A stretch of DNA of 64,000 bases, from contig JBNRSN020000013.1 in assembly GCA_051313645.2 (NCBI GenBank), positions 558,001 to 622,000 on the forward strand. Direction: 5' to 3'. Of the stretch, positions 24,352 to 37,760 are shown piece after piece. The notes beneath the pieces are model-generated. The model did no database searches. It was not told the origin of the DNA and worked only from the letters and a program-made list of their open reading frames with translations. This DNA comes from Centroscyllium fabricii. Lineage: Eukaryota. Numbering within the stretch: position 1 is the stretch's first letter; the number at the start of each line of letters is the position of its first letter. The position numbers were made by a program, and so were the translations under genes.

Positions 24352-24581
24352 GATAGCAAAATTCTGTGGATGCTGGAAATCTGAAATAACAACAGAAAAT
24401 GCTGGAAAAACTCAGCAGGCCAGGCAGCATCTGTGGAGAGAAATATAGAGTGAACGTTTCGGGTTAGGACCCTTTGTCAAGACTTTGTCAGTCTTGACAA
24501 AGGGTCCGAACCCGAAACATCGATTCTATATTTCTCTCCACGGATGTTGCCTGGCCTGCTGAGTTTTCCCAGCATTTTCTG
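24352..24581. repeat. PLE-terminus-derived palindrome (~190-nt hairpin) inserted in a CR1/SINE tail
   Basis: CAGAAAATGCTGG...CCCTTTGTCAAGACT is inverted as AGTCTTGACAAAGGG...CCAGCATTTTCTG. Confidence 0.85.
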
Positions 24582-24645
24582 ATCATCCAAATTCAGTACC
24601 CTGTCCCTGCCTTCTCTCCATATCACTTGATCCCTTTAGCCTTAA

Positions 24646-25209
24646 AGGCCCTGTCACACCTTGACGTTTTAGCTTGCGTATGCAAATTTGGCTGATACGC
24701 TGGTATACGTTGGACAAGTTATGGGTACGTTATGCATACGTTAAGAGCACGCTGGCATACGCTGGCCATAAGTTGTATAAGTCGTATAAGTCGTGATTTT
24801 TTGTGCATGCACAAAAAATCACGACGTATAAATGTTACGATTTATACGTTCCGCATACGCTGGACATACGTTGTAGGCACGTTAGGCGATCGTTAAACAC
24901 ACATTACCTTGCCCCTGTCATGCCCTGTCACACCTTGACGATTTAAAGCTAGCGTTTTCCAATTTTTTCTAAATTTATCTAAAACGTCGGCGATACGCTG
25001 CCGCGCGCTATGCATACGTTAGACTATCGTTGGGCATAAGTTGTGAACGCTAAGCATTCGTTATTGATACGCTCTGTGTACGTTACTAATACGTTACGCA
25101 TACGTTATGCATACGTCCAATACTCCAAAAATTGAACAAAGTGTCGAAAGTTCAGTGTTTTAGCCTCATTTGCATAGGCTGGCTAAAACGTCTAGGTGTG
25201 ACAGGGCCT
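24646..25209. mobile_element. Non-autonomous PIF/Harbinger MITE
   Basis: TIR AGGCCCTGTCACACC / GGTGTGACAGGGCCT, TSD TAA. The host sequence ...GCCTTAAGAAAT is restored on removal. Confidence 0.85.
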
Positions 25210-25871
25210 TAAGAAATATATCTAACTCCTTCTTGAATATACTTAATGAATTTCAAGTTTAATTATTTAACTGGGTGTCTCTGTCTATTTTTGAAATTTG
25301 CTTCATGATTTTGAGTGCTTGACTTCAAGCTGCTAGAGAGGCTGAGGGTTTAAATGTGGTTATCTGAGGCCGGTGTGAGTTTTATGAACGTCTGTTCTCG
25401 GATGCTCATCGGAGTGTTATGTAAAAGCATAAAATCGGAGTGATCATCCCACTTTTTGCAGTGTTCCAATCATTCTCTATAAACAGCCTGCCAAATTTCA
25501 GAGTCTGTTATGTCCACAAAGGAACAAAAGTATGCAAATATTCACTTTCCCAATGCAGTGAAATATAATTGATTTTTTTGCTTCTTTTGGACTGGCTCTT
25601 AATACCATCCAGTGTTTACATTTTCATGCAATTAAAATGTTTGAAGTTTTAAATACAGTCACCAAAAGGCTGCCCTTTCTATGGTGTATTACAGAGGATA
25701 ATGGATAGTTATATGTGAATTAGAAGGCAGTAATCCAGTCAAGGGATCTAGATAATCAGCAGAGCTTGATCAGTTTATGAACACTGTCTGAGTACAGAGA
25801 TTAATAATAATACTGTAATGCCTTGAGATTCACTTTAGAGGCTTTGATTATCACAGCCTGATGAGTGGTCT

Positions 25872-26279
25872 AGAAACATAGAAACATAGAAACTAGGAGC
25901 AGGAGTAGGCCATTCGGCCCTTCGAGCCTGCTCCGCCATTCAATGAGATCATGGCTGATCATCCAAACCCAGTATCCCGCCCCTGTCCTCTCCCCATATC
26001 CCTCAATCCCTATCGAGCCTGCATCGACACACATCCCACCCTATCCCCGTAACCCCACATATTTAATCCCCCTAACACTAAGGGTCAATTTATCCTGGCC
26101 AATCAACCTAACCCGCACATCTTTGGACTGTGGGAGGAAACCGGAGCACCCGGAGGAAACCCACGCAGACACGGGGAGAATGTGCAAACTCCACACAGAT
26201 AGTACCCGAGGCTGGATTTGAACCCGGGTCTCCAGTGCTGTGAGACAACAGCGCTAACCACTGAGCCACCGTGCCGCCC
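25872..26279 (-). mobile_element. HE1-type V-SINE
   Basis: tRNA-derived head with A and B boxes, V-domain GTGTGGAGTTTGCACATTCTCCCCGTG..., and a CR1/HER1-like tail. Confidence 0.9.
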
Positions 26280-27159
26280 TGTTTCATACTGATTGGAAAC
26301 CATGCAGGTGATGTAGAATTTAAAAGTTTTAACAATTTCATGACCTGTGGATTGATGGTATGCCTGACTTTTGTATTAGTTTATTGAGAACTGCAGATTG
26401 CTAACGATGTAAAGCAAAGCCAAAGCAGCTTTCTCCCGCTGCTGCCACCCTTTGCTTAATAAGGTGACTGACCACAAGACCGGAGTGACTGCTGTCATTG
26501 AGATATTAGTGGCACTGACAGCAAAGCATATGGATCAAGAAGCAACTGGGAGGTGGAAAAATACATTTTGGGCTTGATCTAATCACTGCATTCCACATCT
26601 TTAAAACAAAAATGAATTCATATCATTTTTCAGAGTTAAACTAGTAAAAGAATGAAATTGGAGATTTAAAAAAAAATTGTGCCAAATATATTTTATCTGT
26701 TTGACAACTGAATGGAGCCAAACCTTCAATGAACAAGATGTGAAAACAGCGCTGTACGTTTAAGATCTGTGTATTGTTTTTAATAAGAAATTCTAAGTGG
26801 AGGAACATTTGAAAATGTTCTTTATTTTAGGAAATCCTCCTGTAAACTGACAACTGCTTTGCTAATTCTATGAAATGTCAACTGACCAAACTGAGCTTTT
26901 CTTGTGCTGTTCGAATCTGCAATTTGTGCAAAGATAAATATGGCATAAAAATTCAAAATTTACCTCGTCATTTGGGCCAGGCGTTGTTTGCAGCAGCGAG
27001 GGATGGTCCTCGACTTCTGGCAGTATTGATGCCAGGAGGTGTGTGACAGCAGGCAAAGAATGGCTTCCCCTGTTCCAGTTGGTGCCTCCCTCCAGCAGCA
27101 CAGCCAAGAGTTTCAGCTTGAGAATTGGCCCTGTACTGTAACTGTTATGACTGTATTGG

Positions 27160-27342
27160 TTCAAGCCCTACTCCAAAGACTTGAGCACATGGTCTAGGCT
27201 GGCACTTCCGTGCAGTACTGAGGAAGTGCTGCACTGTCGGAGGTCCCGTCTTTTGGATGAGACGTTACTCCAAGACCCTGTCTGCCCTCTCGGGTGGATG
27301 TAAAAGATCCCACGGCACTATTCAAAGAGCAAGGGTGTTCTG
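27160..27342 (+). mobile_element. DeuSINE (SacSINE1-like) fragment
   Basis: GCACTGTCGGAGGT...GGATGAGACG...AAAGATCCC Deu-domain similarity. Its 3' part resumes near 28650-28870. Confidence 0.65.
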
Positions 27343-27732
27343 GTGTAAAAGCAGAAAATGCTGGAAATACTCAGCAGGCCAGGCAGCATCTGTGGAGAGT
27401 GAAAGAGTTAATGTTTCAGGTCGATGACCCTTTGTCAGAACTGGAAAAAGCTGGCGATGGAACAGATTTTTAAGCAAGTGTAGGGGCAGGGAAAGGGCGG
27501 GGGTGGGGGGGAGAGGGAGGAAAGAACAAAAGGGAAGGTCTGATAGGATGGAAGGCAGAAGCGATTTAAGAGACAAAATGAATGATGGTGCAAGGCAATA
27601 GGAGATGGTAATGGGACAAGTTAAGAAACAAAAGATGGCTCTTGATGACGTGTGAATGGCAATGGCAGAATAAAAGACAATTGTAAGAAGTCACACAACA
27701 CCAGGTTATAGTCCAACAGTTTTATTTGAAAT

Positions 27733-28420
27733 CCTGGTGTCCTGGTGCACCAGTCACTGAAGGTGAGCATGCAGGTGCAGCAGGCAGTTAAGAAGGAAAA
27801 TGGTATGTTGGGCTTCATAGCGAAAGGGTTTGAGTACAGGAACAGGTCTTGCTGCAGTTGTACAGGGCCTTGGTGAGACCACACCTTGAGTACTGTGTGC
27901 AGTTTTGGTCTCCTTATCTAAGGAAGGACGTTCTTGCCATGGAGGGAGTGCAGAGGAGATTCACCAGGCTGATACCTGGGATGGCAGGATTGACGTATGA
28001 GGAGAGACTGGGTAGACTGGGTTTGTACTCTCTGGAGTTTAGAAGATTGAGAGGGGATCTCATCGAAACGTATAAAATTCTAACTGGTCTGGACAAACTT
28101 GATGCAGGACGAATGTTCCCGATGGTCGGAGAGTCCAGAACCAGGGGTCATAGTCAAAGGATAAGGGGTAACTCATTTAGGACAGAGATGAGGAGGAATT
28201 TCTTCACCCAGAGAGTGGTGAACCTGTGGAATTCTCTACCACAGAGGGCGGTGGAGGCCGGTTCATTGAATATATTCAAGAAGGAGCTGGATGTATTTCT
28301 TAAGGCTAGAGGGATCAAGGGATACGGGGAGAAGGCAGGGACAGGGTACTGAGTTTGGATGATCAGCCATGATCCCACTCGAGGGGCCGAATCTCCTACT
28401 CCTATCTTCTATGTTTCTAT
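27733..28420 (+). mobile_element. CR1 LINE 3' fragment inserted in a PLE-derived palindrome (27683-27732 and 28420-28570)
   Basis: ORF 27849-28352 encodes the CR1 C-terminus. The flanks rejoin as ...TTTGAAATC|ACAAGCTT... Confidence 0.88.
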
Positions 28421-29684
28421 CACAAGCTTTTGGAGCGCAGCTCCTTCATCTGATGAAGGAGCTGCACTCCAGAAGCTTGTGATTTCAAATAAAACTGTTG
28501 GACTATAACCTGGTGTTGTGTGACTTCTTACAATTGTCCACCCCAGTCCAACACCGGTACCTCCACATCAAGAATAAAAGACAGCTGCCATGTGAGAGAG
28601 AGAAAATGCAAAAGAAAGGTAGGGGCATCGGTTATATGGTCTGAAATGGTCTGTTCTGGTGTCCTGACCAAGATTTGCCCTTCAACCAACACCTTTTTAA
28701 TTAAAAAAAAAAAAAAACCCCAGATGATCTGTCACTTATTTCTTTGCTGCTTGTGGGACCTTGCTGCATTTCCGAAATTATATCCATAACTGCACTTCAG
28801 AAGGGCTTCAGTAACTGTAAAGCTTGTTGGGTGCATCCCAAAGTTGTGAAAGGTGCGATATGAATGCAGATTCTATTGGTGCTCTAACATTGTTAGGCTG
28901 TCATACATAAATTCTGAATATTAGTACAGCTCTTCACTGCTCTTGTATTTGCAGGGATCCAGCCGTTGCCTGTGACCTGCTGCTGGTTGGAGCTCAGCCC
29001 TGTGACAGTGTGTGAAGCAGGTGTTCTCCTTTTTGGAGCAGGAGGTTGAGGCTGAGGTTTAGTTAGCAAGCACAAAGCAGTTTATAATAAAGATTCAACA
29101 GCTTTAATTAAATGCAGTAGAATAGCAAGCTTGGAAAAAAATTATTTATGAAACATAATTGACCCAAGTCCATTCCTCCTAAAAAGTCAATTGCTCCTAC
29201 ACGTAACATTCCAGCACAGTGTCTTTCTCCACATCAGCTACTCAAATCTATTCCCACTCTTATGCTCATTCCCCCTACTCTTAATATTCTTTTGCAAGCA
29301 ATTATCAAATTCCTTTTTTTTTTAAAGAATTCTCTTTACTTTCCTGTCCTCGTTTAATCTCTCCCTCCATATAAACTCCGAATACCAGTATTAATGGACA
29401 TCTCTGATCACTTCCTTGTATACCTCACCACTCACCTCCTGCAGACCCACTGGAATAAACTCTCCCCATAGTCACTTAAAATGGCACTTTTAAACTCCCA
29501 ACTGTGGATCCTTTGGCTCTTCATTCACACAACACTTCTGCAGCTGCCGATCAGTTTGATCACCTCCTCACCTCTCTTTGATGCCTTTGTCCCCAGTAAA
29601 ATCCTTCCACTCTCCCACCCTGGTTGTTCCCCTGGTATGGCCTCCTCTTCACTCCCTCAGTCCAAGGGGCACAGACTTGAACAT

Positions 29685-30405
29685 ATCAGCATGTAAAGTT
29701 AAGGCACATGGGATTGGGGGCAAGGTATTGGCTTGGATCGAGAACTGGTTGGCAGACAGAAAGCAAAGAGTTGGAATAAACGGGTCTTTTTCCGAGTGGC
29801 AGGCAGTGACTAGTGGGGTACCGCAGAGATCGGTCCTTGGACCCCAGCATATATATATATAAATATATATATATATTAGGGAAGGATGTTCTTGCCATGG
29901 AGGGAGTGCAGTGAAGATTCACCAGACTGATACCTGGGATGGCAGGAATGACGTATGAAGAGAGATTGGGTCGATTGGGCTTATACTCGCTGGAGTTTAG
30001 AAGAATGAGAGGAGATCTCATTGAAACTTAGAAAATTCTAACAGGACTAGACAGACTAGATGCAGGAAAGATGTTCCTGATGGTCGGAGAGTCCAGAACC
30101 AGGGGTCACAGTCTAAGGATAAGGGGTAAGCCATTTAGGACTGAGATGAGGAGGAATGTCTTCACCCAGAGAGTGGTGAACCTGTGGAATTCTCTACCGC
30201 AGAAGGCAGTAGAGGCAAATTCATTAAATATATTCAAGAAGGAGTTGGATATATTTCTTAAGGCTAAAGGGATCAAGGGATATGTAGAGAAGACAGGAAT
30301 GGGACTGAAGTTGGATGATCAGCCATGATCTCATTGAATGGCGGAGCAGGCTCGAGGGCCCGAATGGCCTACTCCTGCTCCTATCTTCTATGTTTCTGTG
30401 TTTCT
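29685..30405 (+). mobile_element. CR1 LINE fragment with an internal deletion at a (TA)n tract
   Basis: WLADRKQRVGING...SGVPQ, then (TA)n at 29849-29877, then the C-terminus and tail. Confidence 0.85.
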
Positions 30406-30479
30406 ATATCTGGCGCACAACTGGTTTCGCCATTCATCACTGGACCACGTCAAGCACTGTTGGGCCTCTCACTCCTCTG

Positions 30480-32335
30480 CCTAAAGTGTACAAAGCCTTA
30501 TGTAAAGAATGCCACAAAGATGCAGCAGCATTTATCCAAATGCAACAACTTCACTCAAAGCTCACAGCTGTCAGCCCAGAATTCCTCTGCTTCCACTCAA
30601 GAAGATGATGGTTCTCATTCAGCATCAGGCTCCTAATCATCAGCAACTCCTGGCCCACTTGGAAGGTTCTTTGATACAATGGATAACCATAGCCAGAAGA
30701 ATGCAGATGAGTGCCTTGCTCGAGCTGTATATGCAACAGGCTCACCCCTCATGCTCACAGCCAATGTGTACTGGAAGAGATTTTTCAATGTTATTCTCCC
30801 TGCATACTGTCCTCCCACCAGACATGATTTGTCTACTTATTTGCTGGAGGCTCAGTATAACAGTCCAAGGAAAGCTCAAAGAAATGATAGAGATGGCAGA
30901 CTGTATTGCAGTTATCTCAGATGGGTGGTCAAATGTACGAGGGGAGGGCATCATAAACTACATCGTCTCCACTCCTCTCCCAATGTTCAAGAGCACAGAC
31001 ACGAAGGACAACAGACACACAGGCACATACATTGCTGATGAGCTGAAAGCGGGCATCAACGATCTTGGATCACAAAAGGTCTTTGCAGTAGTTACTGACG
31101 ATGCTGCGAATATGAAGGCTGCTTGGGCTCAAGTGGAGGAGGCCTACCCTCATATTACATCTATTGGGTGCGCAGCTCATGGGCTTAACCTGCTCCTCGA
31201 GGACATCATGGGTTTGAGAACCATGGAAGCACTGTACAAGGAGTCGCTGCAAGAAATGGCAATGTCCCAGTCTGGGGATATGGAAACCATCATCAAGAAA
31301 ATACTGCTGGATGATGTGTTTTGGGAGAGAGTGGTTAGCAGCCTTAAACTACTCTCACCAGTAGCATCTGCAATTGCTCAGATTGAAGGAGATGACGCTG
31401 TCTTGTCAGACGTTCTCAGGCTTTTTACTGATTTAAAAGAAAAATCAGCATTGCCCGACACACATCCCTGCTGCTCAAAGCAGAGGAGAAGGCAATTGTT
31501 CAATTCATAGAGAAGCATCAAGAATTTTGTGTCCAGCTGATTCATGCTGCATCATACATACATGCTGGACCCAAAGCATGTTGGGAGACCAATACTTTCT
31601 GGAGAACTGATCAACCGCGCTTAGTGTGATTTCTACCCTCTCACACCATCTCAATCTGGATGTGGGCAAAGTTCTGGGAAGTCTGGCAAAGTTCTCTAGC
31701 AAGCAAGGTCTTTGGAATGGGGACAGGATATGGGAATCATGCAAGCATATCCATGCACATACCTGCTGGAAGGGACTTTGTGCATCTGAGGCCCTGTCAC
31801 CCATTGCATCGGTGATACTCCAAATCCCACCTTCATCAGCGGCCTCAGAACGAAACTGGTCACTTTTTGGGAATACGCATACAAAGGTGCGCAACAGGCT
31901 GACTAACGAGAGTGGAGAAACTGGTGGCTATCCGGGTGAACCTACAACTTATTGAGCTAGATACAGAAGTGTCCACCACACAGCTAGACAGTGACACAGA
32001 GGAGGAAATGGACACGTCGGAGTCAGAGAATCAGGAGGAGCAATGATGAGTAAAAGACTCAAAGGGACAACATAAGGACAAATTACAGGCTAAATATGCT
32101 AACGCTCTTTTCATTTTATTTTAGATGGGTCCTTTTTGTGGGGGTTCAATAAAGTTCAAAATTATAACCTAAATAAAGTTTTGAAAGCCTGTTTTTATTT
32201 GTATGGAACAGTATGTCTATTTTGATGACAAAGATAATATAAGGGTCAGAGACAAAAACCATCAGTGTGCAAAAAACCTCAAAATTCCCATGGAAAGTTT
32301 CCTCTTTTAAAAATTCCCAGAATTTTGCAACCCTA
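30480..32335 (+). mobile_element. hAT DNA transposon remnant (transposase pseudogene plus right TIR)
   Basis: Partial BED finger (NATKMQQHLSKC), ISDGWSN, VVTDDAANM, CAAHGLNL and dimerisation motif PPSSAASERNWS. Ends TTGCAACCCTA. Left TIR not found. Confidence 0.88.
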
Positions 32336-33273
32336 ATCCCAACAGACATAGAAAGATAGGAGCATGAGTAGGCCATTCGGCCCCTCGAGCCTGGTCCGCC
32401 ATTCAATGATGTCATGGCTGATCATAGACTTTTTGAAGCACTTTGTAAATGCAGTTTGATGTCAGACTGGCGTTTTTGTCTGTGATTAATCTCGGGTGGT
32501 AAGATTACATTGTTTTTAGGGGGGTGGTTCTTGCACTGCTTTATTCCAGCGTCCAGGTATTACCTGACTGCTGGGTTATAATGTCCCTTCTGCATTGCTG
32601 CAGGCAGAAGTGGCAGCTGCTAAGTGGAGTAACATGTACTGTATGTGTTTTGACTATGCTAGTCCATGTGGTATTCTGTGGAATGAATGTACATAGTCAC
32701 AATAACTGCTGCTTGCTACGCTAGGCCATGTATAAGTTTGTTTTTAGTCTTGTACTACGGTGAACAATCAAACTAGGAGAGAGAAACTGTACACAAAGTC
32801 CTTTTGCCCTTCTCTCTAGGTGCTATGTTAGTTCTTTTCAATATACTCTAACTATTTAATCTGTTTGTTGAGAAACTCCACTCAGCTGATAACATTTTTA
32901 GTTCTGTGTATTTGATAGGATGGTTTAGATTTGTAAATCCAAATGATCGTGTTGTAACAGTGCTTTTTGCATTGCCATTACCTAATTTCCTGTTGCATGG
33001 CAGTGATCTGATCCAATAGCAGTCTATTCAGGATGGGCCTCAAATTTAACCACTAAATATTTACATGTTTACTGTTAATATATGTGAGCTATAGTACATA
33101 ATGTTTCAGAATAAATCATATGGGTGAAGCCCAACACGTATATATTGAAGTGTTTGGATTGGTTTATACACACATGTAGTTTGAACTTTAACAAAGAAAC
33201 AGTCTGATTTTGCTGAATAAATCAGTTCCATTTTTAGCTCAGCCGTTTAGCTCTGAATTATTTTTTATTTTAG

Positions 33274-33401
33274 GTGACGTACAGAAGCTTAGAAATCCTG
33301 CTGAACTAAAAGGCTGTTGACAAACCTGGATTTCTGAGGATTTCTTGCTGAAAGGACATATTTTGATTCTGTGTGCGCCTTACCCGCAGCTTACCAAAGA
33401 G
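33274..33401 (+). other. Putative 128-nt non-coding (5'UTR) exon
   Basis: Acceptor TTTTTTATTTTAG|, donor AG|GTAAGA, no ATG, no recognisable repeat around it. Confidence 0.5.
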
Positions 33402-33862
33402 GTAAGAGACCGACTTATTCTTGTCCGATTAAATTTGCAATACCCTTTGGGCAGAGCTGCAAAGGCAGTGTTTCTACTTTTTCAAAAATCACATTTCTGC
33501 TGAAGTATGTTGTTGTACAGCAGGACCCACTTTCTAGTCTTCCTCTGTATTAGTGATGATGCACTGAGAGTTTTTTAGAATGTTCTTTTTCTCTGTCCCA
33601 CTATGGTCTTTATGTCCCCCTCCCCCACCCAAATGCAAAGGACAATTCTTTGCTGGTGAAGACAAGCAGATGACTTGCATCCAGGCCTCGACCACTACCA
33701 CTCTGTAAACAGCTGTGAGGATGAGCCCAAGAATGGTTCAGGGTTTAATAGAGTTCCATTTGTTCCCCACTTTGTGAAGAAGCACCTTTTCTTCTAGGCT
33801 GAGTTAGGGAACGAATGCAAGTCACACAACACCAGGTTATAGTCCAACAGTTTTATTTTAAA

Positions 33863-33900
33863 TCACAAGCTTTCGGAGCGTCTGCCCCTTCGTCAGGTGA
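33863..33900 (-). ncRNA. Minimal type-I hammerhead ribozyme motif in a PLE-derived repeat
   Basis: Minus strand reads TCAC-CTGACGA-A-GGGGC-AGAC-GCTCC-GAAA-GCTT-GTGA. Confidence 0.6.
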
Positions 33901-34384
33901 AAGAGAAGTTAGGGAACGAGCTGTGGACAGCTGTGATTGTGGATCAACATCATACCATTCAATGGATTAGTATGTCAGTGTACCAACTACTTCAACCACA
34001 GAGTTGATCTTGCCTTTTTTCTTATTTAGAATCATAATTCAGTTTGCTTTTATTATATAGTCTGTTTAGTGCAGTAGCAAATGGCACATCTTTGAGGAAC
34101 TAACTTTTGTACAGATCTGTGGTTATTGCTTGACGACAGCTATCTTTGATCTTTGCAACTTTTAATCTAAAATAAAGCAGCTGATATTCTGAAGTTGTCT
34201 TTTAATTTGAAGCAGTGATGTTCCGATTTATTAATCAACAACTGAACCTGTTGCATTCATCAAAGTTACTCAATAAATGCAAATAGGTTCAACTGCCAGT
34301 TAGTCACTAAAAGTCACAAGGGGCTGGCTGGCATTTTTACACTATTCAAATTCAGTGCTATGCAAGTAGCAGCACTTAAGTGTC

Positions 34385-37300
34385 AGGACTGAATATTGGT
34401 GAGGGCGATGGTTTCTCTGGGGAGTACAGCCAGAGCCAAGTCCACAGCACCAGTGGGGTGGGGGGGGGATTTTAGGGCGCTAGGAAAGAGATTAAAAAGC
34501 AGGACCTCCAAGGTAGTAATTTCCTGATTATTCCCAGTGCCATGAGCGAGTGAAGATAGAAATATGAGGATAAAGCAGATGAATGCGTGGCTGGAGAGAT
34601 GGTGCAGCAGGGAGGCCTTTAGATTCCTGGGATATTGGGACTGATTCTGGGGGAGGTGGGACCTGCACAGGCTGAACAGGTTGCACTTTAACATTGCTGG
34701 GACCAAAGTCCTCGTGGGGGTGGGGTTTGGTAGTGCTGTTGGGGAGGGTTTAAACTAATTTCGCAGATCGATGCGCACCAGGATGTGGCATTAGAAAGGA
34801 GAAACAAGGTGCACCAAGGATTGGGAGAGACAGATAGCACTAGTAAGAAATAGTGCGGTATTAGGTGGGGTCAGACTAAGAGAATACAAGAAGGTCAAAG
34901 ATAGGTTTACAATGCATGTGTGTAAATGCACGAAGCGTGGTAAATAAGGTTGGTGAGCTGCAGGCGCAAATAGACACATGGGAATCTGATGTTGTGGTGA
35001 TAACGGAGACCTGGCTCAAAAAAGGGCAGGTTTGGGTACTACATATTCCTGGATATAAGGTGTTCAGGAAAAATAGGGAAGGAAAGAAAGGAGGTGGGGG
35101 TGGCAGTATTGATTTAAGGAGAATATTACAGTGCTGGAGCGAGAGGGTGTCCCGGAGGGGTCAAGGATTAAATCTATTTGGTTAGTGTTAAGAAACAATA
35201 GAGGTGCCATTACACTACTAGGTGTATTCTATAGGTCACCAACTAGTGGGAAGGATATAGAGGAGCAAATTTGCAGGGAAATTACAGAGAGGTGCAAGAA
35301 CTATAGAGTAGTGATAATGGGGACTTCAGTTATCCTAATATAGACTGGGGTAGTAATAGTGTCAAGGGCAGAGAGGGGGAAGAATTTCTGAACTATGTTC
35401 AAGAGAACTTTCTTGATCAGTATATTTCTGGCCCAAAGAGGGGGAAGGAGGCATTGCTGGATCTGGTTCTGGGGAATGAGGTAGGGCAAGTGTTAGGGGA
35501 ACATTTAGGGAACAGTGATCACAGTATCATAAGGTTTAGACTAGCTATGGAAAAGGACTGGGAGAAATCTAGAGTAAAAAATACTTTAATTGGAGGAAGG
35601 CCAATTTCAGTGGGTTGAGAATGGATCTGGCCCAGGTAAGGATTGGCAGGCAAAACTAATCGAACAATGGGCTGACTTTAAAGAGGAAATGGCTTGGGTA
35701 CAGTCGAGGTACATTCCCACGACAGGGAAAGGCAGGGCAACCAAAGTCCGAGCTCCCTGGATGATGAAAGAGATAGAGAGTAGGATGAAGCAGAAAAAGA
35801 GGATGTATGACAGATGCCCGGTTGAGAATACTAGTGAGAACCAGGCTGAATATAGAAAGTTCAGAGGGGAAGTGAAAAGGAAATGAGGGCAAAGCGAGAG
35901 TATGAGAATTGATTGGCAGCCAACATTAAAGGGAATCCAAAAGCCTTTTATAGGCATATAAATAATAAACGGGCAGTAAGAGGAGGAGTGGGGCCGATTA
36001 GGGACCAAAAAGGAGACCTACACATGGAGGCAGAGGGCATGGCTGAGGTACTAAATGAATATTTTGCATCTGTCTTCACCAAGGAAGATGATGCTGCCAA
36101 AGTCATAGTGAAAGAGGGGGTAGTTGAGATACTGGATGCGATAAAAATAGTTGAGGAGGTATAAGAAAGGCTGGTTGTACTTAAAGTAGAAAAGTCACCA
36201 GGACCAGATGGGATGCACCCAAGGATGCTGAGAGAAGTAAAGGTGGAAAGCTGCCGCGGCCAGTCCATCAATTGCCACCGTGCCGCGGCTGGGTCTGTGA
36301 GGCGGCGCATGCGCGGATTCTCAGAACGGACCGGCGGTTGGAGACCGCTGGTTTATCGGACTGGAGGAAGGTACATGGAGGTGTTCACCAGGGGTCGGTA
36401 CCAGGACCACTGTTTTTCTTGATGTTTATTAATGACTTGGATGTGGGTGTACAGGGCACAATTTCAAAATTTGCAGATGACACAAAACTTAGAAGTATAA
36501 TGAACTGTGTGGAGGATAGAGTTAGACTTCAAGAGGACGTAGACAGGCTGGTAAAATGGGCGGACACGTGGCAGATGAAATTTAACGCAGAAAAGTGCGC
36601 AGTGATACATATTGGCAGGAAAAATGAGCTGAGGCAATATAAACTAAAGGGTACAATTCTAAAGGGGTGCATGAACAGAGAGACCTGGGGGTATATGTGC
36701 ACAAATCATTGAAGGTGGAAGGGTAGGTTGAGAAAGCAGTTAATAAAGCATACAGGATCCTGGGGTTTATAAATAGAGGCTTGGAGTACACAAGCAAGGA
36801 AGTTATAATGAACCTTTATAAAACACTGGTTCGGTCTCAACTGGAGTATTGTCTAATTCTGGACACTGCACTTTAGGAAGGATGTGAAGATTTTGGAGAG
36901 GGTGCAAAAAGATTTACAAGAATGGTTCTCAGGATGAGGGACTTCAGTTACGTGGGCGGCATAGTGGTTAGCACTGTTGCCTTACAGCACTGGAAACCCG
37001 GGTTCAAATCCGGCCTCTGATACTATCTGTGGAGTTTGCACATTCTCCCCGTGTCTGCGTGGGTTTCCTCCGGGTGCTCCGGTTTCCTCCCACAGTCCAA
37101 AGATGCGCGGGTTAGGTTGATTGGCCATGATAAATTAACCCTTAGTGTTAGGGGGATTGAATATGTGGGGTTACGGGGATAGGGTGGGAATATGTGGGGT
37201 TGCGGGGATGGGGTGCGATATGTGTCAGTGCAGGCTCGATATGGGGAGAGGGCAGGGACAGGGTACTGGGTTTGGATGATCAGCCATGATCTCATTGAAT

Positions 37301-37760
37301 GGCGGAGCAGGCTTGACGGGCCGAATGGCCTACTCCTGCTCCTATCTTCTATGTTTCTATGGATAGACTGGAGAAGCTGGGATTCTCCTTACAGCAGAGA
37401 AGGTTGAAAGGAGATTTGATCGAGGTGCTCAAAATCATGAGGTGTCTAGACAGAGTAGATAGAGAACCTGTTCCCATTGGCGGAAGGGTCGAGAACCAGA
37501 GGACAGAGATTTAAGGTGATTGGCAGAAGAACCAAAGGCGACGTGAAGGAAAACTTTTTTATGCAGCAAATGGTTATGATCTGGAATGCACTCCCTGAAA
37601 GGGTGGTGGAGGCAGATTCAATTGTGGCTTTCAAAAGGGAGTTGGATAAGTATCTGAAGGAAATAAAATTACAGAGCTGCAGGGACAGGGCAGCGAAATG
37701 GGACCAGCAGAGAGCCGGCACGGGCCAAATGGCCTCCTGTGCTGTAACCATTGTATGATT
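34385..37760 (+). mobile_element. Degenerate long CR1 LINE (ORF1 esterase end, APE endonuclease, RT)
   Basis: NAWLERWC and FWGRWDL in ORF1; CVNARS, ITETWL and KFADDTKL in ORF2. Many stops, nested SINE and a transposon end. Confidence 0.9.
36954..37360 (+). mobile_element. HE1-type V-SINE nested in CR1
   Basis: Same family as 25872-26279, opposite orientation. Confidence 0.9.

Noticed and set aside
26200-26279. tRNA-like sequences here and near 17050-17145, 36954, 42315 and 57630-57706
   Set aside because: They are SINE heads joined to V, Deu or LINE-derived bodies, not complete tRNA genes.
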